Positions 37,506 to 46,613 of a stretch of 47,436 bases of DNA are shown here, one piece after another. Each line of letters starts with the position of its first letter. Position 1 is the first letter of the stretch. Position numbers and translations under genes: made by a program. The notes beneath the pieces were generated by a model, which saw only the letters and a program-made list of their open reading frames with translations, did no database searches and was not told the origin of the DNA. Source of the DNA: Myxococcota bacterium (GTDB taxonomy: Bacteria > Myxococcota_C > UBA6777); assembly GCA_023150835.1 (NCBI GenBank), contig JAKLKB010000037.1, positions 1 to 47,436 on the forward strand. The letters run 5' to 3'.

Positions 37506-39230
37506 ATGTTTGCAGATTCCATCACACGCAAGATGCGGGGGTTTGTGTCTTCGCTTTCTCCTCTGCTGCGGCCAACCTCGATCACGCGCAGGATGCGATG
37601 GTTCGCGTTCTTTCTTTGCTCTGCGTTTCTCTTTCAGTCCCCAAAGAGTTCCGCAGAACCAAACCTCCTTCGAGGTTGGCCCGCAGGGCTAAGTGATTTC
37701 TGTCTCGACTATCTCAAAGGATGTCATCGACGGTGCTTCAAGCAAAAACAGCATGTCCGAGATCCAAACGGCAAGCTTTATCCCCCCTTCGTTGTCGGCT
37801 TCCTCTGTCGGCGAATCTGCTGGAACACCCCTCAACGACAACAGATCTGCCAGATGAGCGAAGCCCAGTTCCGCTCCTTTGCACGCAAATTTGAGCATGA
37901 AGAACGGGAAAAGCTCAAAAAAGAAGCACTCGAACAAGAACAAAACCGCCAAGAAGAAACCAATCGCCAACAAGCCGAAAAACGAAGACTCCAAAGACTC
38001 CAAGAACAGCGTCAAGAAGAAGAAGAACGATTGCAGGCCCAACGCCAACAACTCGAAGAGCAAAAGCGCAAGATCCAAGCCCAGCAAAAGGCCGAAGAAC
38101 AGGCCCGAAACGCAATCAAGACCAAAGCCCAAGCTGAGGCCAAAGCCCAACAGATCGAGATCGATCGGATGCGCAAAGCCCTCGCAGAACAAAGAAAAGC
38201 GATGGAACTCCAACGCCAGATGGTCGAAGAAGAACAGAAACGCCTCGCCGTGATCAAGAAAAAAGCGGAAGAACGCAAACGCCTCGAAGAAGAACGCCAA
38301 CAAATCGAGGCCAAACGCCTTGCCGAATGGGAACGTTTGCGACTGGAGCGCGAAAAACAACTCGAAGCCCTGCGCAAACAAAGCGACGAAGAACAAAAAC
38401 GCATCACTGAGATGCGCAAACATACCGAGCGCGAAAAACAACTTGCCGAAGAACGCAACCGCCTCGCCGCCGAACAAGCCGCTGCCGAACAACAAAAAGA
38501 AGCCGATCGTCTCGCCGCCGTCCGACGCGCCAACAAAGAACTCAAACGCAAGATGGCTCGCCTCAAGCTCCGAAAACAACGCCTCCAAAAACAGCGTGAA
38601 CTCGCACGCCAAAACCAAAAAGCACGCATTGAGCGCATGAAACGCCTCGCCCTTGCCTCCAACAAACAGCGCACCCGAAAAATCAAACGCCCCAAAGTCT
38701 CCCCCGGACTCCGACTTTTCCGAAACGGCCAACTCAACGAAGCCGTCGCCGAATTTGAAAAAGAAGGCAGCACAGAAAAAGCTGAGCAAATCAAAGAATT
38801 TCAACAATACTACCGACGCGGCACCGAAGCCTACCAACGCCGCAACGCCAACGAAGGCATCCCCGCCCTCGAACGCGCCTTTACACTTGATTACGATCTC
38901 AGCGAAGGCTCTAGCAACTACACGCCCCTGCTCCGGCGTATGCTCTCCCGTATGCACACCATGCGCGGTATGCTCTCCATGAGCCAAAACGAATACCCCG
39001 CCGCCTTCAACGCCTTCTCTTCTGCTCACAAACACGATAAAAAAAACGACACGGCCCTACAGCAACTCGCCAAGATCCGCGAAGTCGCCAACCAACGCTA
39101 CCAACAAGGCATCCAACTCAAATCTTCAAACCCCCAAGCCTCTCGTCACCTCATGCTCCAAGTCTGTCGACTCGTCCGCCCCTCCGATCCCCTTTGCAAA
39201 CAAACCAAAAAAGAACTCAACGAACTCTGA
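37506..39230 (+). CDS. Exported long coiled-coil protein with N-terminal Cys-rich and C-terminal TPR-like domains
   Basis: Hydrophobic N-terminus, 6-Cys domain, about 270 aa E/Q/R/K coiled coil, TPR-like tail; start uncertain (37506/37533). Confidence 0.8.
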   Translation: MFADSITRKMRGFVSSLSPLLRPTSITRRMRWFAFFLCSAFLFQSPKSSAEPNLLRGWPAGLSDFCLDYLKGCHRRCFKQKQHVRDPNGKLYPPFVVGFLCRRICWNTPQRQQICQMSEAQFRSFARKFEHEEREKLKKEALEQEQNRQEETNRQQAEKRRLQRLQEQRQEEEERLQAQRQQLEEQKRKIQAQQKAEEQARNAIKTKAQAEAKAQQIEIDRMRKALAEQRKAMELQRQMVEEEQKRLAVIKKKAEERKRLEEERQQIEAKRLAEWERLRLEREKQLEALRKQSDEEQKRITEMRKHTEREKQLAEERNRLAAEQAAAEQQKEADRLAAVRRANKELKRKMARLKLRKQRLQKQRELARQNQKARIERMKRLALASNKQRTRKIKRPKVSPGLRLFRNGQLNEAVAEFEKEGSTEKAEQIKEFQQYYRRGTEAYQRRNANEGIPALERAFTLDYDLSEGSSNYTPLLRRMLSRMHTMRGMLSMSQNEYPAAFNAFSSAHKHDKKNDTALQQLAKIREVANQRYQQGIQLKSSNPQASRHLMLQVCRLVRPSDPLCKQTKKELNEL

Positions 39231-39245
39231 TCCCCTGCCCTGAGA

Positions 39246-39971
39246 TCACGACCACAACAGCCCCAAAAACCGACTGCGCCTCGGCTCCAAAGCGACGAGC
39301 AACGACTCCCGCTGGGCTTGTGTGACACCCGCCAACAACAACGGCTTCCAACGCGGCAGTGCGCTACGCCACGCCTCGATCGCCTCCAAGACTTCCTCCC
39401 AATCCCCTAGATCTCCCTCTGCATCCGAAAGATCCGCGATCCAAAAATCACAGCCCAGATGACGGAATGTTTCGATCTCATACGAAGAGGGCACTCGCAT
39501 CTGTTCCCACGTCACCACCGCCCCTTTCTCCCCATGATACGGCTGCGCAACGTCGCTTTGCTCCAAGCAACGCCACCACACCGCCTGCATCGCCAACACT
39601 TCTGTGTGCGTCTCCTGCGCCAAGGACGCCCATTCCAATAGCGCTTCCGCCATCGGCTCGCCCTGTTCGATGGTGCTCACAGGCCACAACACCCGCTTGC
39701 TGCGGCGTTGTTTCGCACGCACTTCATCCAACCAAGCAACCACCCACTCCCGTTGCTCTAGCGCTCCCGCCTCGCCTGATGGCACCTTCAGCACCAGCCA
39801 ACCCGCTTTCTGTTCGACCGCTCTCTCTAAAAGCCCCGTCACCTCGACCGACAACGCTTCGTGCGCCTCTTGCCCTGACATCCCCGCACTCTCTGACCGT
39901 CCCCTCGCGATCAAACCTTGTACAACCAACATCTTCCGCTCCTTTCGTTTCAGAAAATCAAACCACGCCAA
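39246..39971 (-). CDS. Hypothetical protein
   Basis: 241-aa ORF 12 bp downstream of a co-oriented gene; TTG start after GGGGAG. Confidence 0.65.
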   Translation of the reverse strand: MAWFDFLKRKERKMLVVQGLIARGRSESAGMSGQEAHEALSVEVTGLLERAVEQKAGWLVLKVPSGEAGALEQREWVVAWLDEVRAKQRRSKRVLWPVSTIEQGEPMAEALLEWASLAQETHTEVLAMQAVWWRCLEQSDVAQPYHGEKGAVVTWEQMRVPSSYEIETFRHLGCDFWIADLSDAEGDLGDWEEVLEAIEAWRSALPRWKPLLLAGVTQAQRESLLVALEPRRSRFLGLLWS

Positions 39972-39983
39972 CTCCCCGCTTCC

Positions 39984-40985
39984 TCACGGAGAAGGGGGTG
40001 CAGACAAAGCCACCCCTCGCGTTAAACAACAGCGAAACCCCACCGCAGGCGAAGAGGCTTGCGGCCCAAAACGAAGATCAAGTGCATGGATCCCCGCTGC
40101 TTCGGCAGCATTGTAATCTCCGCCACGCACCGCTGCGGCGGGTAGCCCGGGCGTACTGTTGTTTCCAACCGCTGTCAACGATCGACCATTGAGATTCCAC
40201 GTCCCATCTTTCCCATCCACCGAAAGACTTCCCCACGGCGACAGCAACAGCGCCCCTTCCCACTTCGCAAGATCCGCCTCCGCAAGCCCTCCCGCGATAT
40301 ACCACTCATCGACCCACTCACCGACGTTGCCGATGCCATCGAAGACGCCGAGCCGTGACTTGCACAACGCCTGATTTCCCGAAACCAACGCACCTGCCGC
40401 ACTCACATTGCAAGCGCCGTTGGTGCTACTTGCACCCGGGTCGGGTGTTCCCGCAACACCCAACAGCCACTCTTGCCGAGAACACAAACGCTTGCCTGCG
40501 TTGGCACAAGCACGAGCGGCTTGAAACCATGTGATCCGCGTCTGAGGGATGCGGCTTCTTGAACCAGCAACTGCTGTCGTGTCGCTGCCATCGGCTTTTC
40601 CAAGTTTGCTCGAATCATCTACACTCGCTTCGTAGAGATCGATGCAAGAACGACCGATCATCGCCATCCCTTGGGGACATTGGCTCGCCACCTGAAGCTC
40701 CGTCCGCAGATCGTCGATCTTCTTTTGCAGCGCGTCGATCTGCGCCTTCATCGCTTGTTGAACAAGCTGCTCCACTTTTGTGGCTTCGACTTCTCCGGGC
40801 GGACCTTGGGGACCGGGTGGACCTTGAGGACCTGTAGGCCCCGTCACTCCGGGATTTCCTTGAGGCCCTGTCGCTCCCACAGGACCGACATCGCCACGCG
40901 GACCCACCTTCCCGGGAGGGCCACAGTTCACGAACACCACACAACACACAACCAAGATCACCCAGCTTCGGAGCTTTGCAATCAT
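39984..40985 (-). CDS. Lipoprotein with collagen-like repeat and FGE-sulfatase/C-type-lectin-fold domain
   Basis: FVNC lipobox-like site, about 14 Gly-X-Y triplets, short coiled coil, [29 protein letters not shown]. Confidence 0.85.
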   Translation of the reverse strand: MIAKLRSWVILVVCCVVFVNCGPPGKVGPRGDVGPVGATGPQGNPGVTGPTGPQGPPGPQGPPGEVEATKVEQLVQQAMKAQIDALQKKIDDLRTELQVASQCPQGMAMIGRSCIDLYEASVDDSSKLGKADGSDTTAVAGSRSRIPQTRITWFQAARACANAGKRLCSRQEWLLGVAGTPDPGASSTNGACNVSAAGALVSGNQALCKSRLGVFDGIGNVGEWVDEWYIAGGLAEADLAKWEGALLLSPWGSLSVDGKDGTWNLNGRSLTAVGNNSTPGLPAAAVRGGDYNAAEAAGIHALDLRFGPQASSPAVGFRCCLTRGVALSAPPSP

Positions 40986-41012
40986 CACCACATCCCTTTT
41001 CTGTAGGATTAA

Positions 41013-41125
41013 TACGATATCCGAGTGATGTGTACACGAAGGGTCGTACGTAGACGCCCTATTATTGGGCAGACACAGGGGTCTACCCCGACATCCTTAC
41101 GATCACACAACGGGCGGATCTCGTC
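41013..41125 (-). mobile_element. MITE-like family 1 element
   Basis: TAA|TACGATATCCG...CGGATCTCGTC|TAA. Confidence 0.85.
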
Positions 41126-41190
41126 TAAGATCTTCGATTCTTTCCAACCTCACGCAGCAAACGATCCCCTTCAACCTGACAGTCTTCACT

Positions 41191-42312
41191 TCAACGCAGA
41201 TCGATCAAGCGCACGCCACACAAAGAGGCCGATGTTTGGACGCCGCCTAGAGACTGAGGAAAAGCCCCACCATGCGCTTTGTTGCGGTGTTGGTGCGCTG
41301 ACACACACGACGATCTGCGCCCGCTTGCAGTGATGTTTCTTTCGGACGTTGTGGTGCTTGAAGTATCGGGGTCTTTCGGTTTCGGTCGAAACATCGGCGC
41401 AACCAACATCGCAACCCCCGCTCCAAACAACAGCGCCCCCAAAGACAGTCCACCCCATCCAAGCGAATAATCCAAGACGATCTGTTCGCGGATCACTTCG
41501 GATTCTTCGAGATTGATCGTGTTGTTCCAGCGCTCGATGCCTTCGTTCGATCGCAAAAAAAACACGCCTCCCGCGATCATCAGCCCTGCTCCCACCGCGA
41601 TCAACGCTCCGCCCGCGATCAACAACGGGCTTGGACCTTTGCCCTCCAACTCCAACACACGCGGCGAGACCTCGCTCCCTGCCGCATAACTCCGATTCCC
41701 CGCACAATCCGACGCCACGATATAATAAGCCACATACTTGCTCTGCTGTATCTGCTCCGCCGACAGCCCCACCCGATAACGATCCTCTCCGATCGGCTCC
41801 ATCGACAAACGCTCCCACGCCGCTTTCGGTCGATAACGAACGTATGCCTCGACCCGCAAGACCTTCATGTCGTCCGTCACTTTGGCCGTCAACACAGGTT
41901 CTTTCAAGGCCGTGACTGTATCCATCGGTGTATGCGAGATCATCGGCCCCCCCGCATCACCGCGCAAGATCCGCTTGCGGGCCGCCAAAAACACTCGCCT
42001 CGCCTCGCCTTGTAGCCCGGGGATCATCGACACACACGCATCTCGACGCAGCATCTCGATCACGATCGCATAAGCTTCTTTCTCCCGCCCTAACGCCACA
42101 TACGCCCCCGCAAGACGCCCCGTAATGCGTTGTCGCTGTGTGGTCGAAAGCGTCGTATCATTCGAGCGCAGCCATGCCACGCCTTGCTGAACGCACCACG
42201 CATGTTGCTCGTCTTCACACCGCTTCTCATAACGCTCCAACGCATCGCTCTCCAACGGAGCCATCATCCACGGCAGAGACCACCACAACCACCACGCCAA
42301 ACTCGCCATCAT
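41191..42312 (-). CDS. Exported/membrane protein: TPR-like helices, Ig-like domain, two C-terminal TM helices
   Basis: Hydrophobic N-terminus, PMISH..VTDD..YYIVASD..GN pattern, two Gly-rich TMs; ATG 42312 after GGAGG. Confidence 0.7.
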   Translation of the reverse strand: MMASLAWWLWWSLPWMMAPLESDALERYEKRCEDEQHAWCVQQGVAWLRSNDTTLSTTQRQRITGRLAGAYVALGREKEAYAIVIEMLRRDACVSMIPGLQGEARRVFLAARKRILRGDAGGPMISHTPMDTVTALKEPVLTAKVTDDMKVLRVEAYVRYRPKAAWERLSMEPIGEDRYRVGLSAEQIQQSKYVAYYIVASDCAGNRSYAAGSEVSPRVLELEGKGPSPLLIAGGALIAVGAGLMIAGGVFFLRSNEGIERWNNTINLEESEVIREQIVLDYSLGWGGLSLGALLFGAGVAMLVAPMFRPKPKDPDTSSTTTSERNITASGRRSSCVSAHQHRNKAHGGAFPQSLGGVQTSASLCGVRLIDLR

Positions 42313-42321
42313 CCCTCCAAA

Positions 42322-42445
42322 CACACCTAAACTTGCCAAGGCTGAATATGCCCAACCATCGGCACAAATCGCACAGAACAAATTCCAAACACCACACCTA
42401 AGCTTTCCAAGGCTGAACATGCCCAACCATCGGCACAAATCGCAC
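42322..42445 (-). repeat. Interrupted direct repeat duplicating the pcm 3' end, period 71
   Basis: 42322-42374 versus 42393-42445, 53 bp with 3 mismatches. Confidence 0.85.
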
Positions 42446-43066
42446 TGCGCAAAGATGCTCTTCCTCAAAAACATCCCCCCGCCGTGTCACGCGCAACAAG
42501 CTCTGATCGGGCGCCATGCCCACAGGGATGATCATCCGCCCGCCCTCTCGTAGCTGCGCACACAACGCAGAAGGCAGATCCGCAGGAGCTGCAGTCACCA
42601 AGATCGCATCAAACGGCGCTGCATCCGACCATCCCAATGCACCATCTCCTGCCCGCACGTGGATCTGCTTGTAACCCATCGATTCTAACCGCCATGCCGC
42701 TTCTTCGGCCAACTCCCGCACGATCTCGATCGTGTACACCTCTGCGCCCATCTCCGCCAAGATCGCCGCACTATAGCCCGATCCTGTCCCGATCTCCAAG
42801 ACGCGACACGACCCCTCGGGCAGTCTTGCGGCTTGGCTCATCAATGCGACCATATAGGGCTGCGAGATCGTCTGCAAAGGCCCCAACGGAACAGGGCGAT
42901 CCGCATAAGCGCTCTCCACCTCGTCCTTGGGCGTAAACAGATGCCGAGGGACACGCAGCATCGCGGCCAACACGCGCTCATCTTGCACACCACGGTGTCT
43001 CAATTGTTCCCTCACCATCTTCTCTCGATCGCGCTGTTGGCCTGTCTGGTCTTTTCCTTTGCTCAT
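42398..43066 (-). CDS. pcm: Protein-L-isoaspartate O-methyltransferase
   Basis: VPRHLF, QTISQPYMVA, VLEIGTGSGY, APFDAI, VRFVPM; start ATG 43066. Confidence 0.95.
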   Translation of the reverse strand: MSKGKDQTGQQRDREKMVREQLRHRGVQDERVLAAMLRVPRHLFTPKDEVESAYADRPVPLGPLQTISQPYMVALMSQAARLPEGSCRVLEIGTGSGYSAAILAEMGAEVYTIEIVRELAEEAAWRLESMGYKQIHVRAGDGALGWSDAAPFDAILVTAAPADLPSALCAQLREGGRMIIPVGMAPDQSLLRVTRRGDVFEEEHLCAVRFVPMVGHVQPWKA

Positions 43067-43291
43067 GATTCCCCCAAACCCTTGATGGGTTCGCTGCTTG
43101 CTTTGCAAAACACTTCGCACTACGCCAGCGCCTTTGCAAGCAACACCTTGCCAAGCACAACACACGACTTCTACAATGGCGACGCTTGGCGCATACAACA
43201 TAACGGCCTCGCACACCAAACACAAAGAAAACCTCCCGCACCACCTTCGTTGTGCCTCGACACGGCACTCCTCAACAAGAAAGGATGCACC

Positions 43292-43693
43292 ATGGCAAAA
43301 TACAAAGCTGCCCGACCTTCTGCTCCCCGCTTCTCTTTACCCATCAACGGACCAATGATCGGCCTCCTACTTGTTCTTGCTGTAGGGGGCTACTTTGTGT
43401 ACGCCTACGTCCCTCCTTGGGTCAAAAGCCTCAATGCCAAGTCCAAAGTCAAAGATATCCTTGGAGAACTTTCCCTGCGGGATGTCCAAGAAGACAGCCT
43501 TGCAGAAACCGTCTCTCGCGAGATGACCAAGATGGGCGTCGAGGTCTCCCAAGCCGACGTCCGCGTCGAAGTCAACCGAGATTCTCGGATTGTTCGCGTC
43601 TGGTTCGATTGGAATACCGATATATCCTTCCCTTTTATCGAGAAAAAACACCGCGTCAAATACGGTTTCGATATCGAACGCAAGATGCAGTAA
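43292..43693 (+). CDS. Small membrane protein, DUF4845/pilin-like
   Basis: N-terminal TM then YVPPW, short alpha/beta domain; ATG 43292 after AAGGA. Confidence 0.65.
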   Translation: MAKYKAARPSAPRFSLPINGPMIGLLLVLAVGGYFVYAYVPPWVKSLNAKSKVKDILGELSLRDVQEDSLAETVSREMTKMGVEVSQADVRVEVNRDSRIVRVWFDWNTDISFPFIEKKHRVKYGFDIERKMQ

Positions 43694-43698
43694 AGGCT

Positions 43699-43743
43699 CC
43701 CCAACAGCAAGCGAGGTCGGAAGGAGCGGGCCTGCTGTTGGGG
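43699..43743. terminator. Stem-loop between convergent genes
   Basis: CCCCAACAGCA / TGCTGTTGGGG 11-bp stem just after the stop; no clear U-tract. Confidence 0.35.
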
Positions 43744-43793
43744 TCGAAGGCTTTGTGTGGGGTCGAGGGCTTTGTGTGGGGTCGAAGGCTTGT
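43739..43793. repeat. 19-bp tandem repeat, about 3 copies
   Basis: TGGGGTCGA(A/G)GGCTTTGTG. Confidence 0.85.
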
Positions 43794-43903
43794 ACAAAAT
43801 CCGCCCAGCGTGTGCTCCTAAAACGTAGGGGAAGACAGGTGTAGCGCCCTACCACAGGGCGTCTACGCACGACCCTTTGATCACACATCTCTCGGGTATC
43901 GTA
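43793..43903 (+). mobile_element. MITE-like family 1 element
   Basis: TACAAAATCCG...GTAGGGGAAGACAGGTG...GGGCGTCTAC...CGGGTATCGTA|TCA; the TCA is the stop codon of the 43904 gene. Confidence 0.8.
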
Positions 43904-45079
43904 TCAGTCCGGGGTGGAGGGCGGATTCAGCAGAAATTGCGTGACTTCGCGCAACATACTCGCAAGCCCACGTGTTTGCGCCACAACGAGCTTGGTGTTA
44001 AAAAGATGCTGTTGTTCGGTGTAGAGGTCGGATATCTTGTGCTGTAGCATCGTTGGAGCCCAGATGATCACGAGTTCTGCGCCCCGCATATCGTTCGCAG
44101 CCTGCTGAAGATCACGACGTTGCTTGCCATCCACAAGGGTAAATCGAATCCGTTGGAGCGGTTGGAGTTGCTGTATCTCAGCGTGCGTGGTAGGACTCCC
44201 TCCAACCAAAACCACCCGATAGATCCGCTTCTTTAGGCAAAGTCGGCCAAGACGTGTTGCAAAACGCCGACTCTCCGTGTTTTGGCAACACTCGCATTCG
44301 GACGGATCGGCGACCTTCAACGGACAACTTTCTTGCTCCTGTAGCTCTTGTTCGCAGATCGGATCGCCACAACTCAGCCGCAGCCGCTTTTTCAGCAAAG
44401 GTCCCAACTCATGGGGATCACCGCGCAGCAGACCAAGGAACGATTCACCGCTTTTCAACAGATGTTGTATCGCTTCGTTGAAAAGTGACGCCGGTACACC
44501 CCGTTGTTCGAGCAAAGAGGCCAACGGAAGATATCGCTCCGAATGACGGGACAGCGCCTCACAACGTTCCAGCGTTGCAGTATGCTGCTGCGATATCTGC
44601 TCGAAACGTTGGGATTCGGCAGTAAGATGCTCTTTCAACAACCCGATTTCTTGAACTTGTGCGATCACCATCCGCTCTTTTTCAACGATCTCTTGGCGCA
44701 AACGCTCGTTTTCCTCGCGCAAAGATTCTTTCTCTTGGCGCAATTGATCGGCTTCTTGGGAGGGTTCGCTTGGGTTCGGTGGGATGGCTGTTTTGGCCGA
44801 AGGAGTGTCGGGTTTTTTTTGTGCAGATCGGGTGGAAGACGAAGGTGGCGGTTTTGTGGGTTTGCCAAAAACCGATATCTCGGAAGGTGCGGGTTGTTCT
44901 TCGGCAAGCCAAAGGCGAGCTTCGGGACTCATCAAAAACGCCGAAGAGGTCTCAGCGCGCTTGACTGGAGGCGGAGGCGTGGGAGGATTGGGACTCGGTT
45001 TGACTTTCTTGAGGGGTTCCGCAAGCGAGCGGAATCCGCCCTGATCGCTAGAAGGTTTGGAAGATTTCTGTTTGCCCAT
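43904..45079 (-). CDS. Coiled-coil, Cys-cluster and DUF2325-like domain protein
   Basis: Pro/Ser-rich N-terminus, coiled coil, CGDPIC..CECC, C-terminal VVLVGG..AELVII..H; start ATG 45079 inferred. Confidence 0.7.
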   Translation of the reverse strand: MGKQKSSKPSSDQGGFRSLAEPLKKVKPSPNPPTPPPPVKRAETSSAFLMSPEARLWLAEEQPAPSEISVFGKPTKPPPSSSTRSAQKKPDTPSAKTAIPPNPSEPSQEADQLRQEKESLREENERLRQEIVEKERMVIAQVQEIGLLKEHLTAESQRFEQISQQHTATLERCEALSRHSERYLPLASLLEQRGVPASLFNEAIQHLLKSGESFLGLLRGDPHELGPLLKKRLRLSCGDPICEQELQEQESCPLKVADPSECECCQNTESRRFATRLGRLCLKKRIYRVVLVGGSPTTHAEIQQLQPLQRIRFTLVDGKQRRDLQQAANDMRGAELVIIWAPTMLQHKISDLYTEQQHLFNTKLVVAQTRGLASMLREVTQFLLNPPSTPD

Positions 45080-45360
45080 GGATGCGCTCTTTGTGTAGAA
45101 AGGACTTACCTCGAAAACAGCAAAGCTATCACCGCCCGCACGAAGTGTAAAGCTGCACACGAACGACTTGTGTTCTTGAAAGATCGGGCCGTAAAAGATC
45201 AGATCTAGCGTTTGACTGCAAGGTTGCATAACATTATGCAGCCAATGCAAGGCGGCTGACCAAAGGACGAAACAACGCCCCTTGCAGATCTTCACTCCAT
45301 TAGATCAAACCATCCCACCACGCCGAAACGATCGGCAAAAAAGCTATATAGGAGACACCG

Positions 45361-46581
45361 ATGACAGAACATTCTGAGACGATGATCGCACAGACCGAGC
45401 GGTACAGCGCCCACAACTACAAGCCTTTGCCCGTGGTTATCGCGGAAGGTGCGGGGTGTTGGGTGACGGATGTAGATGGGAAGCGTTACCTCGATATGCT
45501 CAGCGCGTACTCCGCCCTCAACCAAGGACACCGTCATCCCCGAATCATCGGAGCGATGAAGCAACAATTAGAGCGCGTGACCCTGACTTCACGGGCTTTT
45601 TACAACGATCAGATGGGCGGTTTATGCGAAGATCTTGTCGCATTGACGGGCTTGGATCGGGTCCTTCCGATGAACTCAGGAGCCGAAGGCGTTGAGACCG
45701 CGTTGAAAGCGGCGAGAAAATGGGGTTACGAAGTCAAAAAAGTCGCAGCAAACCAAGCGGAGATCATCGTGTTTTCGGGCAACTTTCATGGCCGCACGAT
45801 CTCGATCGTCAGTTTTTCCACAGAACCACAAAACCAAGCAGGCTTTGGCCCGTTGACACCGGGGTTTCGCGTGGTCCCCTTTGGAGATATCACGGCGTTG
45901 GAAGCCGCGATCACGGCGAACACTGTGGGCGTACTGATCGAGCCGATCCAAGGCGAAGGCGGTGTGATCATGCCGCCCGAAGGATTTTTGCGCGATGTCC
46001 GTGCGCTTTGCACAAAACATCGCGTGTTGATGATCAACGATGAGATCCAAGTGGGATTGGGGCGAACGGGCCGGATGTTTTGCTACGAACACGAAGACGC
46101 CAAACCCGATCTACTGATCTTGGGAAAAGCCCTTGGTGGCGGCCTCTACCCTGTCTCTGCGGTGATCGGCATCGAAGAAGTCATGGCGGTGTTTCGACCG
46201 GGCGATCACGGCAGCACCTTTGGCGGAAATCCACTGGCCTGTGCTGTGGCCCGTGAGTCGTTGCGGGTGTTGAAAGACGAACGCTTGGCAGAACGTGCCG
46301 CAGAGATGGGCGTTTACTTTCGCCAACGGCTTGTCGCGATGAACAGCCCACACGTAGAAGAAGTCCGTGGCAAGGGGCTTTTGATCGGCGTACAGATCAA
46401 AAAATCCGCAGGTCTCGCCAAACCTTATTGCTACGCGATGATGAAAGAAGGCATCCTCGCCAAAGATACCCACGAACAAGTCATCCGTTTTGCCCCGCCT
46501 CTGGTCATCACCCAAGAAGAACTTGATTGGGCCTGCGAACGCATCGAGCGCATTCTCTGTGGTGCTGCTCTCCACAAATAA
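45361..46581 (+). CDS. rocD: Ornithine--oxo-acid aminotransferase (class III PLP)
   Basis: AHNYKPLPVV, SAYSALNQGH, MNSGAEGVETA, EPIQGEGG, DEIQVGLGRTG, GKALGGG, HGSTFGGNPL. Confidence 0.95.
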   Translation: MTEHSETMIAQTERYSAHNYKPLPVVIAEGAGCWVTDVDGKRYLDMLSAYSALNQGHRHPRIIGAMKQQLERVTLTSRAFYNDQMGGLCEDLVALTGLDRVLPMNSGAEGVETALKAARKWGYEVKKVAANQAEIIVFSGNFHGRTISIVSFSTEPQNQAGFGPLTPGFRVVPFGDITALEAAITANTVGVLIEPIQGEGGVIMPPEGFLRDVRALCTKHRVLMINDEIQVGLGRTGRMFCYEHEDAKPDLLILGKALGGGLYPVSAVIGIEEVMAVFRPGDHGSTFGGNPLACAVARESLRVLKDERLAERAAEMGVYFRQRLVAMNSPHVEEVRGKGLLIGVQIKKSAGLAKPYCYAMMKEGILAKDTHEQVIRFAPPLVITQEELDWACERIERILCGAALHK

Positions 46582-46613
46582 GAGGGTCTCTAGAAAAAGG
46601 TTTATGTTGGAGA

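Noticed and set aside
37689-39035. Long antisense ORFs (this one, and others such as 2713-4071, 20088-21149, 35746-36756)
   Set aside because: Shadow frames of well-supported genes on the opposite strand; no motifs, biased composition.
39984-42445. Diversity-generating retroelement (FGE target; pcm end duplication as TR/VR)
   Set aside because: No reverse transcriptase, no template copy of the FGE 3' end seen, and pcm/Nif3 duplicate mismatches are not adenine-specific.
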